From: an uncultured delta proteobacterium
GTDB taxonomy: Bacteria > Desulfobacterota > Desulfobaccia > Desulfobaccales > 0-14-0-80-60-11
Assembly (NCBI GenBank): GCA_963709285.1
Contig: CAVPVR010000003.1
Location: 160,855-224,854, forward strand
Direction: 5' to 3'
Length of the DNA: 64,000 bases
In this document: piece by piece, positions 25,902 to 35,797 of the stretch
Layout of the letters: each line of letters starts with the position of its first letter
How positions within the stretch are numbered: the stretch's first letter is position 1
The notes under the pieces: model-generated
Told to the model about the DNA's origin: nothing
Seen by the model: the letters and a program-made list of their open reading frames with translations, nothing else
Databases searched by the model: none
Translations under genes and position numbers: made by a program

Positions 25902-27113
25902 TCACCACCCCAGACGTTGGCGAGGCTCCTTACTGGGGTTGGGGGTGTTTCCGGTTATAGGACTCGACAATCCCCCCTGCTGCAATAACTGTTGCACTTC
26001 CTCCCGCACCCTGTCCTCTAAGCGGTGGGACGGCGGCGGGACGACGCTTTTCAACACCGGACCAGGGGTGGGGGGAGATTTTTCAGTCTTACGAGCCACT
26101 GTTTCCCTGGTCTCAGTGGTCTGGGAGTGAGGCGGCTTGACGGCATCCAGGTCGGCTGCCCTGGCAGGGGCGGCTTTTTCCGATGGTATGGCAAGGGGCG
26201 AAGGTTTCCCCGCGCCAGAACCAGACGGGACCGGAGCGACAGAGGGACTGGGAGCCTTAGTTTTCTCCTGGGATTTGTTTATCTTCTCGAGGAGCTTGGG
26301 CATGTCCAGGCGATCCTTCTCGTTTTTGTCTGGAAACATGACAAGGATGCTCACCCGCCGGTTCTGGACATCCATGGGGTCCTGAGGGTTGCGTAGTTGT
26401 TGGTCGGCGCAGCCTCGCACCGAGGTTATCTGGCCCGGCTTGACCCCGTCTTCTTCCAGGAGGCGGCGGGCCGCGTTGGCCCGATCCGCGGACAGCTCCC
26501 AGTTGGTGTAGTTCTTGGTCCCGTAGGGCCGGCTGTCGGTATGCCCCTCCACAGTAATGCGGTTGGGAAGTTTCCCCAACTCCTGGGCGATGTGTTTCAA
26601 CATCTCCTGGGTTTCGCCCTTGAGATTGGCGCTGCCGACATCAAAGAAATGGGAGTTCTCGCGGTCCAGGAGTTCGATGCGCAGGCCCTCATTGTTGATC
26701 TCCAGGAGCACCTGGTCCTTGAGGCGGTCCAACTCCGGCAACTGGGCGATGACCTCCGTGATGCGCTTTTTCACTTCCTCCAGAGCCCCCCGGCCACTGG
26801 TCAGGTCGGGATGGATGGGTGAAGGGGTTTGTAATTCCTGACTATGTCCGGGAGTGGGCATCTCACCGCCTATGTCGCTGGTTTCCAGAAGCCCCATAGC
26901 TCCGGGTAACAACCCGGGATTTTTAAAATATTGGGCCACATTCATGCGTATGGATTGGCTCTGACTCATGATCCAGAGCACGATAAACAGGGCCATCATG
27001 GCGGTGACGAAATCGGCGTACGCCACCTTCCAGGCCCCGCCATGACCGGCGTGATGGCTCTTCTTCTTTTTAACGATTCTCGGTTCCGTGGGTTCGTGAT
27101 GGGCTCCGGACAT
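25902..27113 (-). CDS. motB: MotB-type stator protein (OmpA-like peptidoglycan-binding domain) with about 140-aa Pro-rich tail
   Basis: The TM segment WKVAYADFVTAMMALFIVLW carries the conserved Asp. An OmpA-like core ITVEGHTDSRPY…WELSADRANAARRLL…NRRVSILV follows. The C-terminus is low complexity and P/S/K-rich. Confidence 0.85.
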   Translation of the reverse strand: MSGAHHEPTEPRIVKKKKSHHAGHGGAWKVAYADFVTAMMALFIVLWIMSQSQSIRMNVAQYFKNPGLLPGAMGLLETSDIGGEMPTPGHSQELQTPSPIHPDLTSGRGALEEVKKRITEVIAQLPELDRLKDQVLLEINNEGLRIELLDRENSHFFDVGSANLKGETQEMLKHIAQELGKLPNRITVEGHTDSRPYGTKNYTNWELSADRANAARRLLEEDGVKPGQITSVRGCADQQLRNPQDPMDVQNRRVSILVMFPDKNEKDRLDMPKLLEKINKSQEKTKAPSPSVAPVPSGSGAGKPSPLAIPSEKAAPARAADLDAVKPPHSQTTETRETVARKTEKSPPTPGPVLKSVVPPPSHRLEDRVREEVQQLLQQGGLSSPITGNTPNPSKEPRQRLGW

Positions 27114-27229
27114 AGGCCCTCGGTGTCCTATAACATATTCAGGTAAATGGTAATTAACTCAGCACTACACACCACCGCGTCATGGTTGGCTCGTGGCGAA
27201 CTGCGACCACATGCTTCTTTCCAGTTCTT

Positions 27230-28144
27230 TTAGGCCTTCACTTTGATGGCCCGGCAGGCATCCTCCACTTCGGCAAAGCTGGGGCGAAAGTCGTTGACGA
27301 TGACCCGGCGGGCGAACTCCACCGCCACGATGGGTGGCATACCCTTGGCATAAGCCACCACGCCGGCCTTGATGGAACGCAGATATATCTCTTCCATGGC
27401 GGCTTGGTGCTCGATCTGGGCGCTCAGAGGCTGAAAGAAGCCATAGCACAGGAGCACTCCCAGGAAGGTGCCCACCAGGGCCGCGCCCACCTTATGACCC
27501 ACCTCCGAAGCCGGGCCGCCGATGGCCTGCATGGTGAGGACAATGCCCAGCACTGCGGCCACAATGCCCAGACCCGGTAGAGAGTCGGCGATACGGGCCA
27601 GGGAGTGGGCCGGCTTTTTGCCTTCTTCCTCCTGGATCTCCAGGTCTGATTCCAGCAAGGCCTCCAGCTCCAGCGGCGGGACCCCCCCCACCACCATGAG
27701 TTTGAGGGAATCCACCAGATATTCCAGGGTGTGGTGATTTTTCAAAATAAAAGAATACTTGGAGAAAATCTCGCTTTCTTCCGGCTTTTCCACGTGCTGC
27801 TCCAGAGTCAGGAGTCCCTTGACCCGAGCCGTCTGAAAAATCTCATACAAGAGCTGCAAGAGCTCCTGTAAGCTCTCCCGGGAAACGTTCGAAGACTTGA
27901 CCGACCCCAGGACATAGTTCACCATTTTGACCAGGGTGGTCTTGGGGGTGGAGATAAGCAGGGCCCCGGCCGCGGCGCCCCCGATGATGACGAACTCCGC
28001 CCATTGCATGAGGACCAGAAAGTTCCCCCCTTCCAGGAGAAACCCCCCCAGCACCGAAACCAGAACCACAGCTAAACCAATGAGAACAAACACAGGGAAC
28101 CCGGGAACAAATAATTCGGCAGGACACGCCTCCCGCCTCGTCAC
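27230..28144 (-). CDS. motA: MotA/TolQ/ExbB-family proton channel (MotA-like)
   Basis: The 304-aa ORF reads FVLIGLAVVLVSVLGGFLLEGGNFLVLMQWAEFVIIGGAAAGA…, with a C-terminal …GAALVGTFLGVLLCYGFFQPL. The start is uncertain: GTG at 28144 or GTG at 28093. Confidence 0.85.
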   Translation of the reverse strand: MTRREACPAELFVPGFPVFVLIGLAVVLVSVLGGFLLEGGNFLVLMQWAEFVIIGGAAAGALLISTPKTTLVKMVNYVLGSVKSSNVSRESLQELLQLLYEIFQTARVKGLLTLEQHVEKPEESEIFSKYSFILKNHHTLEYLVDSLKLMVVGGVPPLELEALLESDLEIQEEEGKKPAHSLARIADSLPGLGIVAAVLGIVLTMQAIGGPASEVGHKVGAALVGTFLGVLLCYGFFQPLSAQIEHQAAMEEIYLRSIKAGVVAYAKGMPPIVAVEFARRVIVNDFRPSFAEVEDACRAIKVKA

Positions 28145-28266
28145 TCTGTGTTATCGGCTTGGTCTCCCCGGTTCTTAAAAACCTTCTGACGTTTACCGGG
28201 CTCTTGCCAAGACCGCCAGCCGTTTTTATAATGTTGTTAAATTGTCTGAATAAGGGGAGAATGGGA

Positions 28267-28431
28267 ATGCCTACCTACGAATACCTGTGCGGTAAGTGCG
28301 GCGAGGGCTTTGTCCGTATTATGAGCATCAGCGAATATGAAAGCGGCCAGGTTACCTGCCCCAAGTGCAAGTCCGACGATGTCAAGCAGCAGATGACCAG
28401 CTTTATCCCCAAGACCTCCCGGAAAAGCTGA
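28267..28431 (+). CDS. FmdB-family zinc-ribbon protein
   Basis: MPTYEYLCGKCGEGF…VTCPKCKSDDVKQQ has the signature MP.YEY.C..C plus a second CxxC. Candidate ATGs lie at 28261 and 28267. Confidence 0.85.
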   Translation: MPTYEYLCGKCGEGFVRIMSISEYESGQVTCPKCKSDDVKQQMTSFIPKTSRKS

Positions 28432-28437
28432 GGGCCT

Positions 28438-30741
28438 TCAGGGACGCCACTGCCTGAAGGCCGCGCCCTTCTCGGTGAAGGTCAGGGTCACCGCGCCTTG
28501 CCGGGTCAAATAGGTGGGTGGCCGGGAAGGATTGGCTCTCTGGGGCTCCGGCCCCCGGGAACCATAAAATACCAAACTCTTCGGCTTGAGGCGGGCCACC
28601 ACTGAGGGGGGCACATCCCCGGGCGCGACGAGAACCGCCAGGGGGCTATCCTCCGGCCACGGTAGTTTTTCCACCACGGTCTGACGCAGAGGCGGCAGGA
28701 TCAGGGCCTGCCGTCCCTGGTAGGTTATTTTCAGGGCCACCCCCCACCCCCTGTCCCAAGTCGGGTAAGCCAGGGACATACCCCCCAGACTTGTCGGAGG
28801 GTTCATTCTGTCCAGGGATAGGCCCGGGCGCCCGGCGTCTCCCAGCCGGTTCATCAGGTCCACCACCTTCCCCTCCGGCCGGCGGCCCCGCCACCAGAAT
28901 CCCCCGATGTCGAACTGCTCCGCCAGGGTGAGCATCTCCTGGGCGTTGCGGGCATTGAGATTGAGGGCCAGCACTGCGTCCAGATGCCGAAACTGGCGCC
29001 ACTGGAGGTAGCCGGGGAGCGGACCCATTCCTCCTCCCTTCCAACCCGGCCAGATGTCCAACGCGGCGGTCACCGCCACCCGCTGCCCCCCGGGGGCCAC
29101 CAGGATGCCATCCAGTCCGGTGTAGCTGTCCAGAACAATGATTTCACAGGACTGGTGAGTCCATAACAAAGGTAGCGCTATAGTGGTGGCCAAGATTGCC
29201 GTACCCAGGGCCGCGCCGGCCCAGGTCCAGGTGCTCCGCCGCAGTGGAAAAACCAGAAATATCACCGCATAGATCAGCGCCACTTGGAGCCAGGTGGGGG
29301 GGGGCACGGTGATGCCGCTCCCCGGCAACCGGGCAGTCCAGCCAATAATGAGGTATCCCAGTTTCAAGGGCAGGCTCCCCGCAACCAGGAGCACCTGGGC
29401 CAAAGAAGTAAGGGAGAAAACCTCCGCCAGGACCGCCAGCCCCCCCAAAGGCAGGGACAGCATCAGGACCAGGGGGATGGCCACCAGATTCACCAGGAAA
29501 CCGTAAAGAGAAACTACCTGGAAATAGTGGGCCACCAGGGGCGCGGTGATCAAGGAAGCTACCGCCGACAGGGCCAGGGCCTCGGTGAGGCCTCGCCTCA
29601 GCCGGGAGTTCCAGCCCAGCCGCAGGTTTGCCGAGGCGGATGCTTCTGCTTTGGTGCCAAACCAGCGGGGCAGGAAATAGAGAAGCCCTGACACCGCTGC
29701 AAAGCTGAGTTGAAAGGACACCGAAAAAAGCCGCAGGGGGCTCAGGATCAGGATCACTAGAGCTGCCAGGGCCAGGGCGCTCCAGACCTCACGAGGCCGC
29801 CCCAACAGTACGAGAAGGAGATAGGCCAGTACCATGACTTCAGCCCGCTGAGTAGCGGGTGAACCGCCGGCCAGATGGGCGTAGGACACCACCGGCAAGG
29901 CGGCCGCCACGGTAGCGATTTTCATGACATTAACCCGGAGAAGCACCCAGGGAAAACACCTGAGAAGCCAGAAAACCAGGAAATAGGTGACTGCAGCCAG
30001 GGCGCCCAGGTGCAGGCCGCTGATGGCCAGCAGGTGGCTGGTGCCGGTGCGGCTGAACTGCTGCCGCATCTCCGGGGTGACCTCTCCCTGGTCACCCAGG
30101 AGCATGGCCAGATACATGGCCCGGGTGGTGGGGGCCATGCCCTGCAACAGCCGGCGGACACCGGCCCGCAGGCGCTCGGCCACAGAAGGGGCTTCCGAAG
30201 AGGCCAGGAGAACCAGGTGGGTGGAGTCTGACAGGTGCATCTGCCGGTAGATGCCTTCCGCTGCCAGGTGCCTGGGCTGGTTCCACGACCCGGGGTTCAG
30301 GAGGGTCCGGGGCTGCCGAAGGGTGCCCCGCACTGCGACTTCGGTGCCCAACGGTGGGAGCGTCAGGGCTGGGGCGGTGACCGGGAGGGTAACCATGAGG
30401 TTTCCGGTAGCCGGGACCCAACCTGTGGGACTCTTCCAGGCATCAACCGCTAGGTAAAGCCGCACCCGCTCCGGGCGCACCCGGCTGGGGCGGTACAGGC
30501 GGCCGGAGAGGACCACTACTTCATCGGGAGCAAGGCGGGCCAGGTGATGCGGGGGGAAATTCGGCGTCAGGGCTTGGTGGTAGAGCCCCACCCCCAGGAC
30601 CAGAAAAAAGAGGAGAGGTGCGGCCCAGGCCAGCAGGTACTTCCAGTAAAGCTGGCTTATGGCCGGAAACCTGGAGGACAACCCCATCACCCACCTGGGG
30701 AAACGGTCCGGTCCCGCTGCCAGGCTTCCAGGCTTCGCCAT
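28438..30741 (-). CDS. comEC: DNA internalization competence protein ComEC/Rec2
   Basis: A 767-aa polytopic ORF. It has the competence-domain motif FSRTGTSHLLAISGLHLG and a C-terminal metallo-beta-lactamase-like region. Confidence 0.88.
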   Translation of the reverse strand: MAKPGSLAAGPDRFPRWVMGLSSRFPAISQLYWKYLLAWAAPLLFFLVLGVGLYHQALTPNFPPHHLARLAPDEVVVLSGRLYRPSRVRPERVRLYLAVDAWKSPTGWVPATGNLMVTLPVTAPALTLPPLGTEVAVRGTLRQPRTLLNPGSWNQPRHLAAEGIYRQMHLSDSTHLVLLASSEAPSVAERLRAGVRRLLQGMAPTTRAMYLAMLLGDQGEVTPEMRQQFSRTGTSHLLAISGLHLGALAAVTYFLVFWLLRCFPWVLLRVNVMKIATVAAALPVVSYAHLAGGSPATQRAEVMVLAYLLLVLLGRPREVWSALALAALVILILSPLRLFSVSFQLSFAAVSGLLYFLPRWFGTKAEASASANLRLGWNSRLRRGLTEALALSAVASLITAPLVAHYFQVVSLYGFLVNLVAIPLVLMLSLPLGGLAVLAEVFSLTSLAQVLLVAGSLPLKLGYLIIGWTARLPGSGITVPPPTWLQVALIYAVIFLVFPLRRSTWTWAGAALGTAILATTIALPLLWTHQSCEIIVLDSYTGLDGILVAPGGQRVAVTAALDIWPGWKGGGMGPLPGYLQWRQFRHLDAVLALNLNARNAQEMLTLAEQFDIGGFWWRGRRPEGKVVDLMNRLGDAGRPGLSLDRMNPPTSLGGMSLAYPTWDRGWGVALKITYQGRQALILPPLRQTVVEKLPWPEDSPLAVLVAPGDVPPSVVARLKPKSLVFYGSRGPEPQRANPSRPPTYLTRQGAVTLTFTEKGAAFRQWRP

Positions 30742-30750
30742 AAATCTATC

Positions 30751-30796
30751 TAAGGTTATTCCTTATAATTTTCCATTAATCTAAGGAAAATCCTTA
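30751..30796. promoter_or_regulatory. Two copies of the palindrome TAAGG-N5-CCTTA, 31 bp centre to centre, just upstream of comEC
   Basis: TAAGGttattCCTTA lies at 30751-30765 and TAAGGaaaatCCTTA at 30782-30796. The first starts 10 nt upstream of the comEC ATG (30741, minus strand). Confidence 0.45.
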
Positions 30797-31084
30797 AGGG
30801 TAATTATTAGGGATGTCAAGTTTTTTCTGGAATGATCAAGCCCACCAGGTTACCGGCAGGTCGTCGGAACAAAGGTTTTTTAGGGTCGACCCACGCCGGA
30901 GGGGGGAAGAGTTTTTTCTGGTGGAGAGCTTCTGACCCGGGATTTCTCCCGGAAAGGAGAGCTACTTTATTTTATGAGGGCCTGTCCAAGACACATGGCA
31001 GTCTTTGGGAGGAGCATCATGACGAAAAGCCGGGAATCAATTTTCTTTCAATCATCACCCGTTTCAGGTAATTCAGTCGGTTCC

Positions 31085-31336
31085 TCATTGCCGTCCGGTG
31101 CGCTTGTCCGCTGAACCCCGGAAAGAGGTTAAAAAATATAACCCAACCAGGACAGCCAGGAGACCGACCAAAGCCACAGCCAACCAGACCCCGGGGATCT
31201 GCAATCCCCAGGCGGCGCCCGCCAAGCCCAACATCAAAGCCAAAACCACCGGCACCAGGGGTCTTTTTACCCCGGTCCCCGGGGTGTTTTTTTTCTCCTC
31301 GGTAGCGTGGCCCTGCTCTGTTTCCTTTTCTGGCAT
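31085..31336 (-). CDS. Small membrane protein, unknown function
   Basis: The 83-aa ORF has a charged N-terminus followed by two hydrophobic segments (LVPVVLALMLGLAGAAW, VWLAVALVGLLAVLVGLYFL). It lies upstream of comEC in the same orientation. Confidence 0.5.
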   Translation of the reverse strand: MPEKETEQGHATEEKKNTPGTGVKRPLVPVVLALMLGLAGAAWGLQIPGVWLAVALVGLLAVLVGLYFLTSFRGSADKRTGRQ

Positions 31337-31621
31337 GAATCTTGCCTTTAATTAATGTAAAAATATGCCGAAGAGTAATGATAATACCGCATAGGATTTA
31401 GTGTGTCTTTTCACATGTCATGGAGGGCCTGTCCTTATCATGCATACACTTTTTAAGAGGACACGTGCCCTCAGCTTTTGATAAAAACCAGTGCTATCAT
31501 TTCTCCTGGCAATATGGAAAAAAAAATGAAAAAAATTCAATATCCACCTGCCAGGTTTAAAAACTTACTTGACAAATACCTTGTTGTTGTTGAATAGTAC
31601 TTTCTAATTAAACAAAAGCTT

Positions 31622-32530
31622 ATGCGGTACTTGACTCTTTTTCTGTCTGTAACCATTATATGGCTGGCTTCTGCGGAACTAGCCGTAGCCGGCACCGCCG
31701 CCGCCCTGATGAAAACCCGTGAAGGCTCGCTGGTGCTGGAAGGTAAGGAAAAGAGGACCAAAGCTTCCGCCCCTGCCAAGAAAGATACCCTCCACACCAT
31801 GCTCAGCCGGGAAGTCCAGGTATACATTTTCCGCGGCACTACCCGGGTTTGGCCCCGGCCCTATGTTTTGGGGCAGACCCGGTTTTACCGGCCGGTGGGG
31901 CGCTATCGCAGACTGGCCGGACCTTATCTGGAAAGCCTCATCCAGAAATATGGCAACCACTATGGGGTGGATCCCTCCCTGGTCCGGGCTGTGATGCGCC
32001 ATGAATCGGGTTTCAACCCCCATGCCGTCTCCCCCAAAGGGGCCCAGGGCCTCATGCAGCTCATGCCAGGCACCGCTTCCTTGATGGGGGTAAATAACCC
32101 CTTCGACCCCGAGCAAAATGTCGCCGGAGGAGTGGGATATCTCCGTCACTGCCTGGACCGTTTCGGTCATAACGTGCCCATGGCGGTGGCGGCCTATAAT
32201 GCAGGGCCGGCCCGGGTGGCCAAGTCTAATGGCGTGCCGGCCATCCCGGAGACCCAGGCCTTTGTGAAAAATGTCCTGGGAACCTACACCGGCAGATCCC
32301 CAGGCCCCCTTCCCCAGGCCAAATCTCCCGACCAACCCAAAGCCAAAATGGCCACCAGCAATTCTTCTGACAAATCTCTTGACAAAAGAATTCTTCCTGC
32401 GTCCCCTCGGCCGGTTTCAGCTAATGCCGAGGGAAACCCGGTTGCTCCCCGGCCCCAGGCCAAGGTCATTGTGGTCCGTTACCCCAAAACCAAGCGGGTG
32501 GCGGAGGCCAAACCCAAGGGCGCCGACTAG
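31622..32530 (+). CDS. Lytic transglycosylase (SLT domain) with Pro/Lys-rich C-terminus
   Basis: A signal-like N-terminus precedes the catalytic block VMRHESGFNPHAVSPKGAQGLMQLMPGT…AAYNAGPARV. Confidence 0.88.
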   Translation: MRYLTLFLSVTIIWLASAELAVAGTAAALMKTREGSLVLEGKEKRTKASAPAKKDTLHTMLSREVQVYIFRGTTRVWPRPYVLGQTRFYRPVGRYRRLAGPYLESLIQKYGNHYGVDPSLVRAVMRHESGFNPHAVSPKGAQGLMQLMPGTASLMGVNNPFDPEQNVAGGVGYLRHCLDRFGHNVPMAVAAYNAGPARVAKSNGVPAIPETQAFVKNVLGTYTGRSPGPLPQAKSPDQPKAKMATSNSSDKSLDKRILPASPRPVSANAEGNPVAPRPQAKVIVVRYPKTKRVAEAKPKGAD

Positions 32531-32593
32531 CTTCCCGATATCTTTTCCTCCATCGATTCCCCTCACTCAAAGGCCAGTGTTAAGTCCCCCCTG

Positions 32594-33541
32594 TCAAACC
32601 AACACGGTATGTCGGGCAGAAGCCGTTACCCGGGCCCCCTGCCCCACCACGCAGTCTTCCAAGGTGAGCCCTGGAGCTATCCAGGCCCGGTCCCAGGCCA
32701 CCACGTTTTTCAGCCGCGTTTCCCGCCCCACCTGGACTTCCCGCCCCAGGCAGACGCCCCCGGCGCAGATGACCCCTTCCTCCAAGCCGGTTCCGGCACC
32801 CAGCAGGGGGTCCGCCAGCGGCGGAAAAAACCTGGCCAGCTCGGGGCAAGCTCCCGAAAGCAACCTGTGGTGGGCTGCCAGGTAAGCTTCAGGGGTGCCC
32901 AGGTCCTGCCAAAAGTGCCCTGAGACCACTAACGCCGCCAGACGCTCACCCTGGGCCATGGCCTGCCGCCAGGCCGCCACCAGGTCGGCCGGGCCCTTTT
33001 CCGGAAGCCACTTCAACATCCGGTGATTTACCACCTGGATGCCGGTGTAAGCCAGAGCCGGGCCGGAAGGTTTCTGAGGCGGCGCCCCGATGCCCGCCAC
33101 CCGTTCCTCCCGGTCGATCCAGACCGTGTTATACGGCGGGCAGTCGTGCAACACCAGGGTGGCTAGGGCCTCCTCCCGGCGCCCCCGAAAAATTTCCGCC
33201 AGGTCCAGGTTGGTCAGGATATCGGCGTTTACAGCCAACAACGGCCTATCCCCCAGAGCTTCTGCCAAAGAACGCAAGCCACCGCCGGTGCCGAGAATCT
33301 CAGGCTCGTGCCGAACCACCACCTCCAGGCCCTGGGGTCTGTTGGCTTCTAAAAAATGCTGCACCTGGTCCGGTAGGTGATGGGTGTTAACCGCCACCCG
33401 GAGGGCGCCGGCCTCCCGGAGCTGGGCCAGCACCACCCCTAACAGGGGCCGGTTGAGCACCGGCACCAGCGCCTTGGGGGTCGCGTAGGTTAACGGCCTC
33501 AGCCGCGTCCCCAACCCCGCCGCCAAAATGGCTACCTGCAT
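32594..33541 (-). CDS. Nucleotidyltransferase (NDP-sugar pyrophosphorylase family)
   Basis: The N-terminus MQVAILAAGLGTRLRPLTYATPKALVPV is the G-x-G-T-R-x-x-P-x-T-x-x-x-P-K signature. The protein is 315 aa. Confidence 0.85.
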   Translation of the reverse strand: MQVAILAAGLGTRLRPLTYATPKALVPVLNRPLLGVVLAQLREAGALRVAVNTHHLPDQVQHFLEANRPQGLEVVVRHEPEILGTGGGLRSLAEALGDRPLLAVNADILTNLDLAEIFRGRREEALATLVLHDCPPYNTVWIDREERVAGIGAPPQKPSGPALAYTGIQVVNHRMLKWLPEKGPADLVAAWRQAMAQGERLAALVVSGHFWQDLGTPEAYLAAHHRLLSGACPELARFFPPLADPLLGAGTGLEEGVICAGGVCLGREVQVGRETRLKNVVAWDRAWIAPGLTLEDCVVGQGARVTASARHTVLV

Positions 33542-33636
33542 GGATTTGGCTGCTTTTGTGCGGGAGCATGAGTGTCAGGGCACGGCTCGCCGTGTCCAAA
33601 TTCTGGAAGGCTACGCCTCCGGTCCTCTCCCCAACA

Positions 33637-34119
33637 TCACTTTTTGTACCCTATCTTCCTCAAGAAATCGTAGCGCCAGGCCTTGCCGTGTTCGGCCTCC
33701 ACGCCTTTGGGGGAGAAGCCGTCCACCACCCCCAAGATGCCTCGACCCTGGTCGGTTTCAGCGAGGACCACTTCCACCGGGTTGGCGGTGGCGCAAATGA
33801 TGCGGCAGACCTCGGGACACAGTTTGATGGCGTTGAGCATATTGATGGGAAAGGCGTTTTTGATAAGAATGTTGAAGCTGTGGCCGGCGGCCAGATTCTG
33901 GGCGTTGTTCGTAGCCGCAGTCACAAGTTCCGGGTCGTTGCCTTCCACCCGAATGAGGCATTCCCCCGAGGCTTCTGAGAAGGCCAGGCCAAACTTGACG
34001 CCCGGCACGGTGCCCACCAGAATTTCATAAAGGTCTTCCACGGTCTTGATGAAGTGGCTATGGCCCAAAATGAGGTTAGCCCCCTCGGGAATGTCCATCT
34101 TTACCGTGAGCAGTTGCAT
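33637..34119 (-). CDS. Conserved protein, adenosine-specific-kinase-like family (assignment from memory, low certainty)
   Basis: [32 protein letters not shown]…[11 protein letters not shown]…GVVDG gives 160 aa. The ATG lies at 34117-34119 after AGGAGGAA. The track ORF adds 25 unlikely upstream codons. Confidence 0.6.
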   Translation of the reverse strand: MQLLTVKMDIPEGANLILGHSHFIKTVEDLYEILVGTVPGVKFGLAFSEASGECLIRVEGNDPELVTAATNNAQNLAAGHSFNILIKNAFPINMLNAIKLCPEVCRIICATANPVEVVLAETDQGRGILGVVDGFSPKGVEAEHGKAWRYDFLRKIGYKK

Positions 34120-34322
34120 GAATTCCTCCTTCCTGGCCCAGGAACGGTTGCCAAGCTTATAGTCCTCCGGATTTTTCTTTTTGGTGCTGCTCATTTTACC
34201 GTGAAATGATCTTTTCCCGCAGCCTTTCTTTGAGAAAGCCTCAAGAAGTGTTGAGAGTTAGTTCAGATTACGTGAATTCTTTGGGGTTAGACACTTTTGT
34301 GGTATGATTAGCCGTTAATGGC

Positions 34323-35498
34323 ATGACCTTTGGCCTCCACCGGAACTCCTCACTTCTTCAGGAGGACAACGTGGGTGTTCGCTGGCTTGGCTGGCAGTTC
34401 CTGGCAACCCTTCTGCTGCTAACCCTTGGGGGGGTGTCCCCTGCCGCCGCTCAGATCAAGATTGGTCTTTACCTCCCCATGACCGGCGCCGCCGCCGCCA
34501 TGGGGCAGATGGTCTGGGAAGGAGTGCAGGTCGCCCATAAACTCAAGCCCAAGGTGTTAGGTAAAGAGGTAAGGCTGGCCCTGGTGGACACTAAAAGCGA
34601 TAAAATGGAGGCCGCCAACGCCGTGAGTCGCCTCATCGAAAAGGACCGGGTAGCGGCCATCATTGGAGAGGTTATTAGCAGCGACACCCTGGCTGGGGGA
34701 CCCATCGCCGAGCGGTCGCAAGTTCCCAACATCTCCCCCACCGCCACCAATCCCCTGGTGACGCAACACAAACAATTCGCCTTCCGGGCCTGCTTCGCCG
34801 ACGACCTGCAGGGCAAGGTGGCGGCCCGCTTCGCCCGGGAGCACCTCAAGGCCAAGCGGGTGGCGGTGCTCATCGACCATGCTCAGGATTACTGCGTGGG
34901 CCTGTCCCATTATTTCATGCGGGAATTCAAGCGCCTGGGTGGGCAGATCGTTTCCATGACCTACATCCAAACGGGCGACCAGGACTTCAGTGCCCAGATC
35001 GCGGCGCTCAAGGCTACGAAGCCCGACCTGATTTACGCGCCCAACTACTACGCCGAGGATGCGCTGTTGGCCCGGCAGTTAAAGAACCTGGGGGTGGAGG
35101 TGCCCATCCTTACCGGCGACGGGGCCCAGGTGCCGGAGTTGATTACCTTGGGCGGCCCGGCGGTGAACGGCATGTATTTCACGGCCCATTTCCACCGGGA
35201 CCAGGCGGCCACACCCCTGGCTCGAGATTTCCGGAAGGCCTACGAGAAAAACCATAACAAGGAGTTGGGGGCCTTCACCGCCCTGGGCGCGGATTCCTAC
35301 TTCCTCTTGTTGCACGCCATTACCCAGGCCAACTCCTTGGAAGGGCCGAAAATTGCTCAGGCCTTAGCTGAGACCAAGGACTTCCCCGGGGTCTCCGGCA
35401 CCCTCACCATGGACGAAAATCACAATCCCATCAAGGGCGTGGTGATCATCAAGGTGGACCAGGGGAAGTTTTTGTATCAGACGACGATTCAGCCATGA
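34323..35498 (+). CDS. Branched-chain amino acid ABC transporter substrate-binding protein (LivJ/K-like)
   Basis: A 391-aa ORF with a signal-like segment, then IKIGLYLPMTGAAAAMGQ… and …YAPNYYAEDALL…, typical of type I periplasmic binding proteins. The start is uncertain. Confidence 0.85.
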   Translation: MTFGLHRNSSLLQEDNVGVRWLGWQFLATLLLLTLGGVSPAAAQIKIGLYLPMTGAAAAMGQMVWEGVQVAHKLKPKVLGKEVRLALVDTKSDKMEAANAVSRLIEKDRVAAIIGEVISSDTLAGGPIAERSQVPNISPTATNPLVTQHKQFAFRACFADDLQGKVAARFAREHLKAKRVAVLIDHAQDYCVGLSHYFMREFKRLGGQIVSMTYIQTGDQDFSAQIAALKATKPDLIYAPNYYAEDALLARQLKNLGVEVPILTGDGAQVPELITLGGPAVNGMYFTAHFHRDQAATPLARDFRKAYEKNHNKELGAFTALGADSYFLLLHAITQANSLEGPKIAQALAETKDFPGVSGTLTMDENHNPIKGVVIIKVDQGKFLYQTTIQP

Positions 35499-35797
35499 GA
35501 TTACCTATTCCCCTCGATCAAGAGAAAATCGAAGATTTTTGCCGGCGCTGGAAGATCAGCGAGTTTTCTTTGTTCGGTTCGGTCCTGCGGGAAGATTTCG
35601 GCTCGGAAAGCGATGTTGATGTTCTCATTAGCTTTGAACCTGAAATCCCTTGGAGCCTTTTTGACTGGATGGATATGGTCGAGGAACTACAGGAAATCCT
35701 GGGGCGAGAGGTTGATGTGGTGGAAAAATCCGGGTTGCGCAATCCCTTTCGGCGCCGAGCTATTTTAACAACTAGGCGGGTTATTTATGCCGCCTGA
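35495..35797 (+). CDS. MntA-type nucleotidyltransferase (antitoxin of MntA-HepT / DUF86 modules)
   Basis: The 100-aa ORF reads LFGSVLREDFGSESDVDVLISFE, which carries the GS…D.D minimal nucleotidyltransferase motif. It overlaps the LivK-like stop by 4 nt (ATGA) and its partner stub by 11 nt. Confidence 0.85.
   Translation: MRLPIPLDQEKIEDFCRRWKISEFSLFGSVLREDFGSESDVDVLISFEPEIPWSLFDWMDMVEELQEILGREVDVVEKSGLRNPFRRRAILTTRRVIYAA

Noticed and set aside
25902-28144. MotA/MotB pair as ZorA/ZorB of a Zorya antiphage system.
   Set aside because: MotA is of ordinary length (about 300 aa) without the long ZorA C-terminal tail. No ZorC/D/E-like genes follow.
30832-31839. Small track ORFs 30832..31071 (+), 31098..31355 (+) and 31537..31839 (-) in the low-GC intergenic regions around comEC and the transglycosylase.
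   Set aside because: They have no SD or start context and odd composition. They overlap better-supported features or promoter-like AT-rich DNA.
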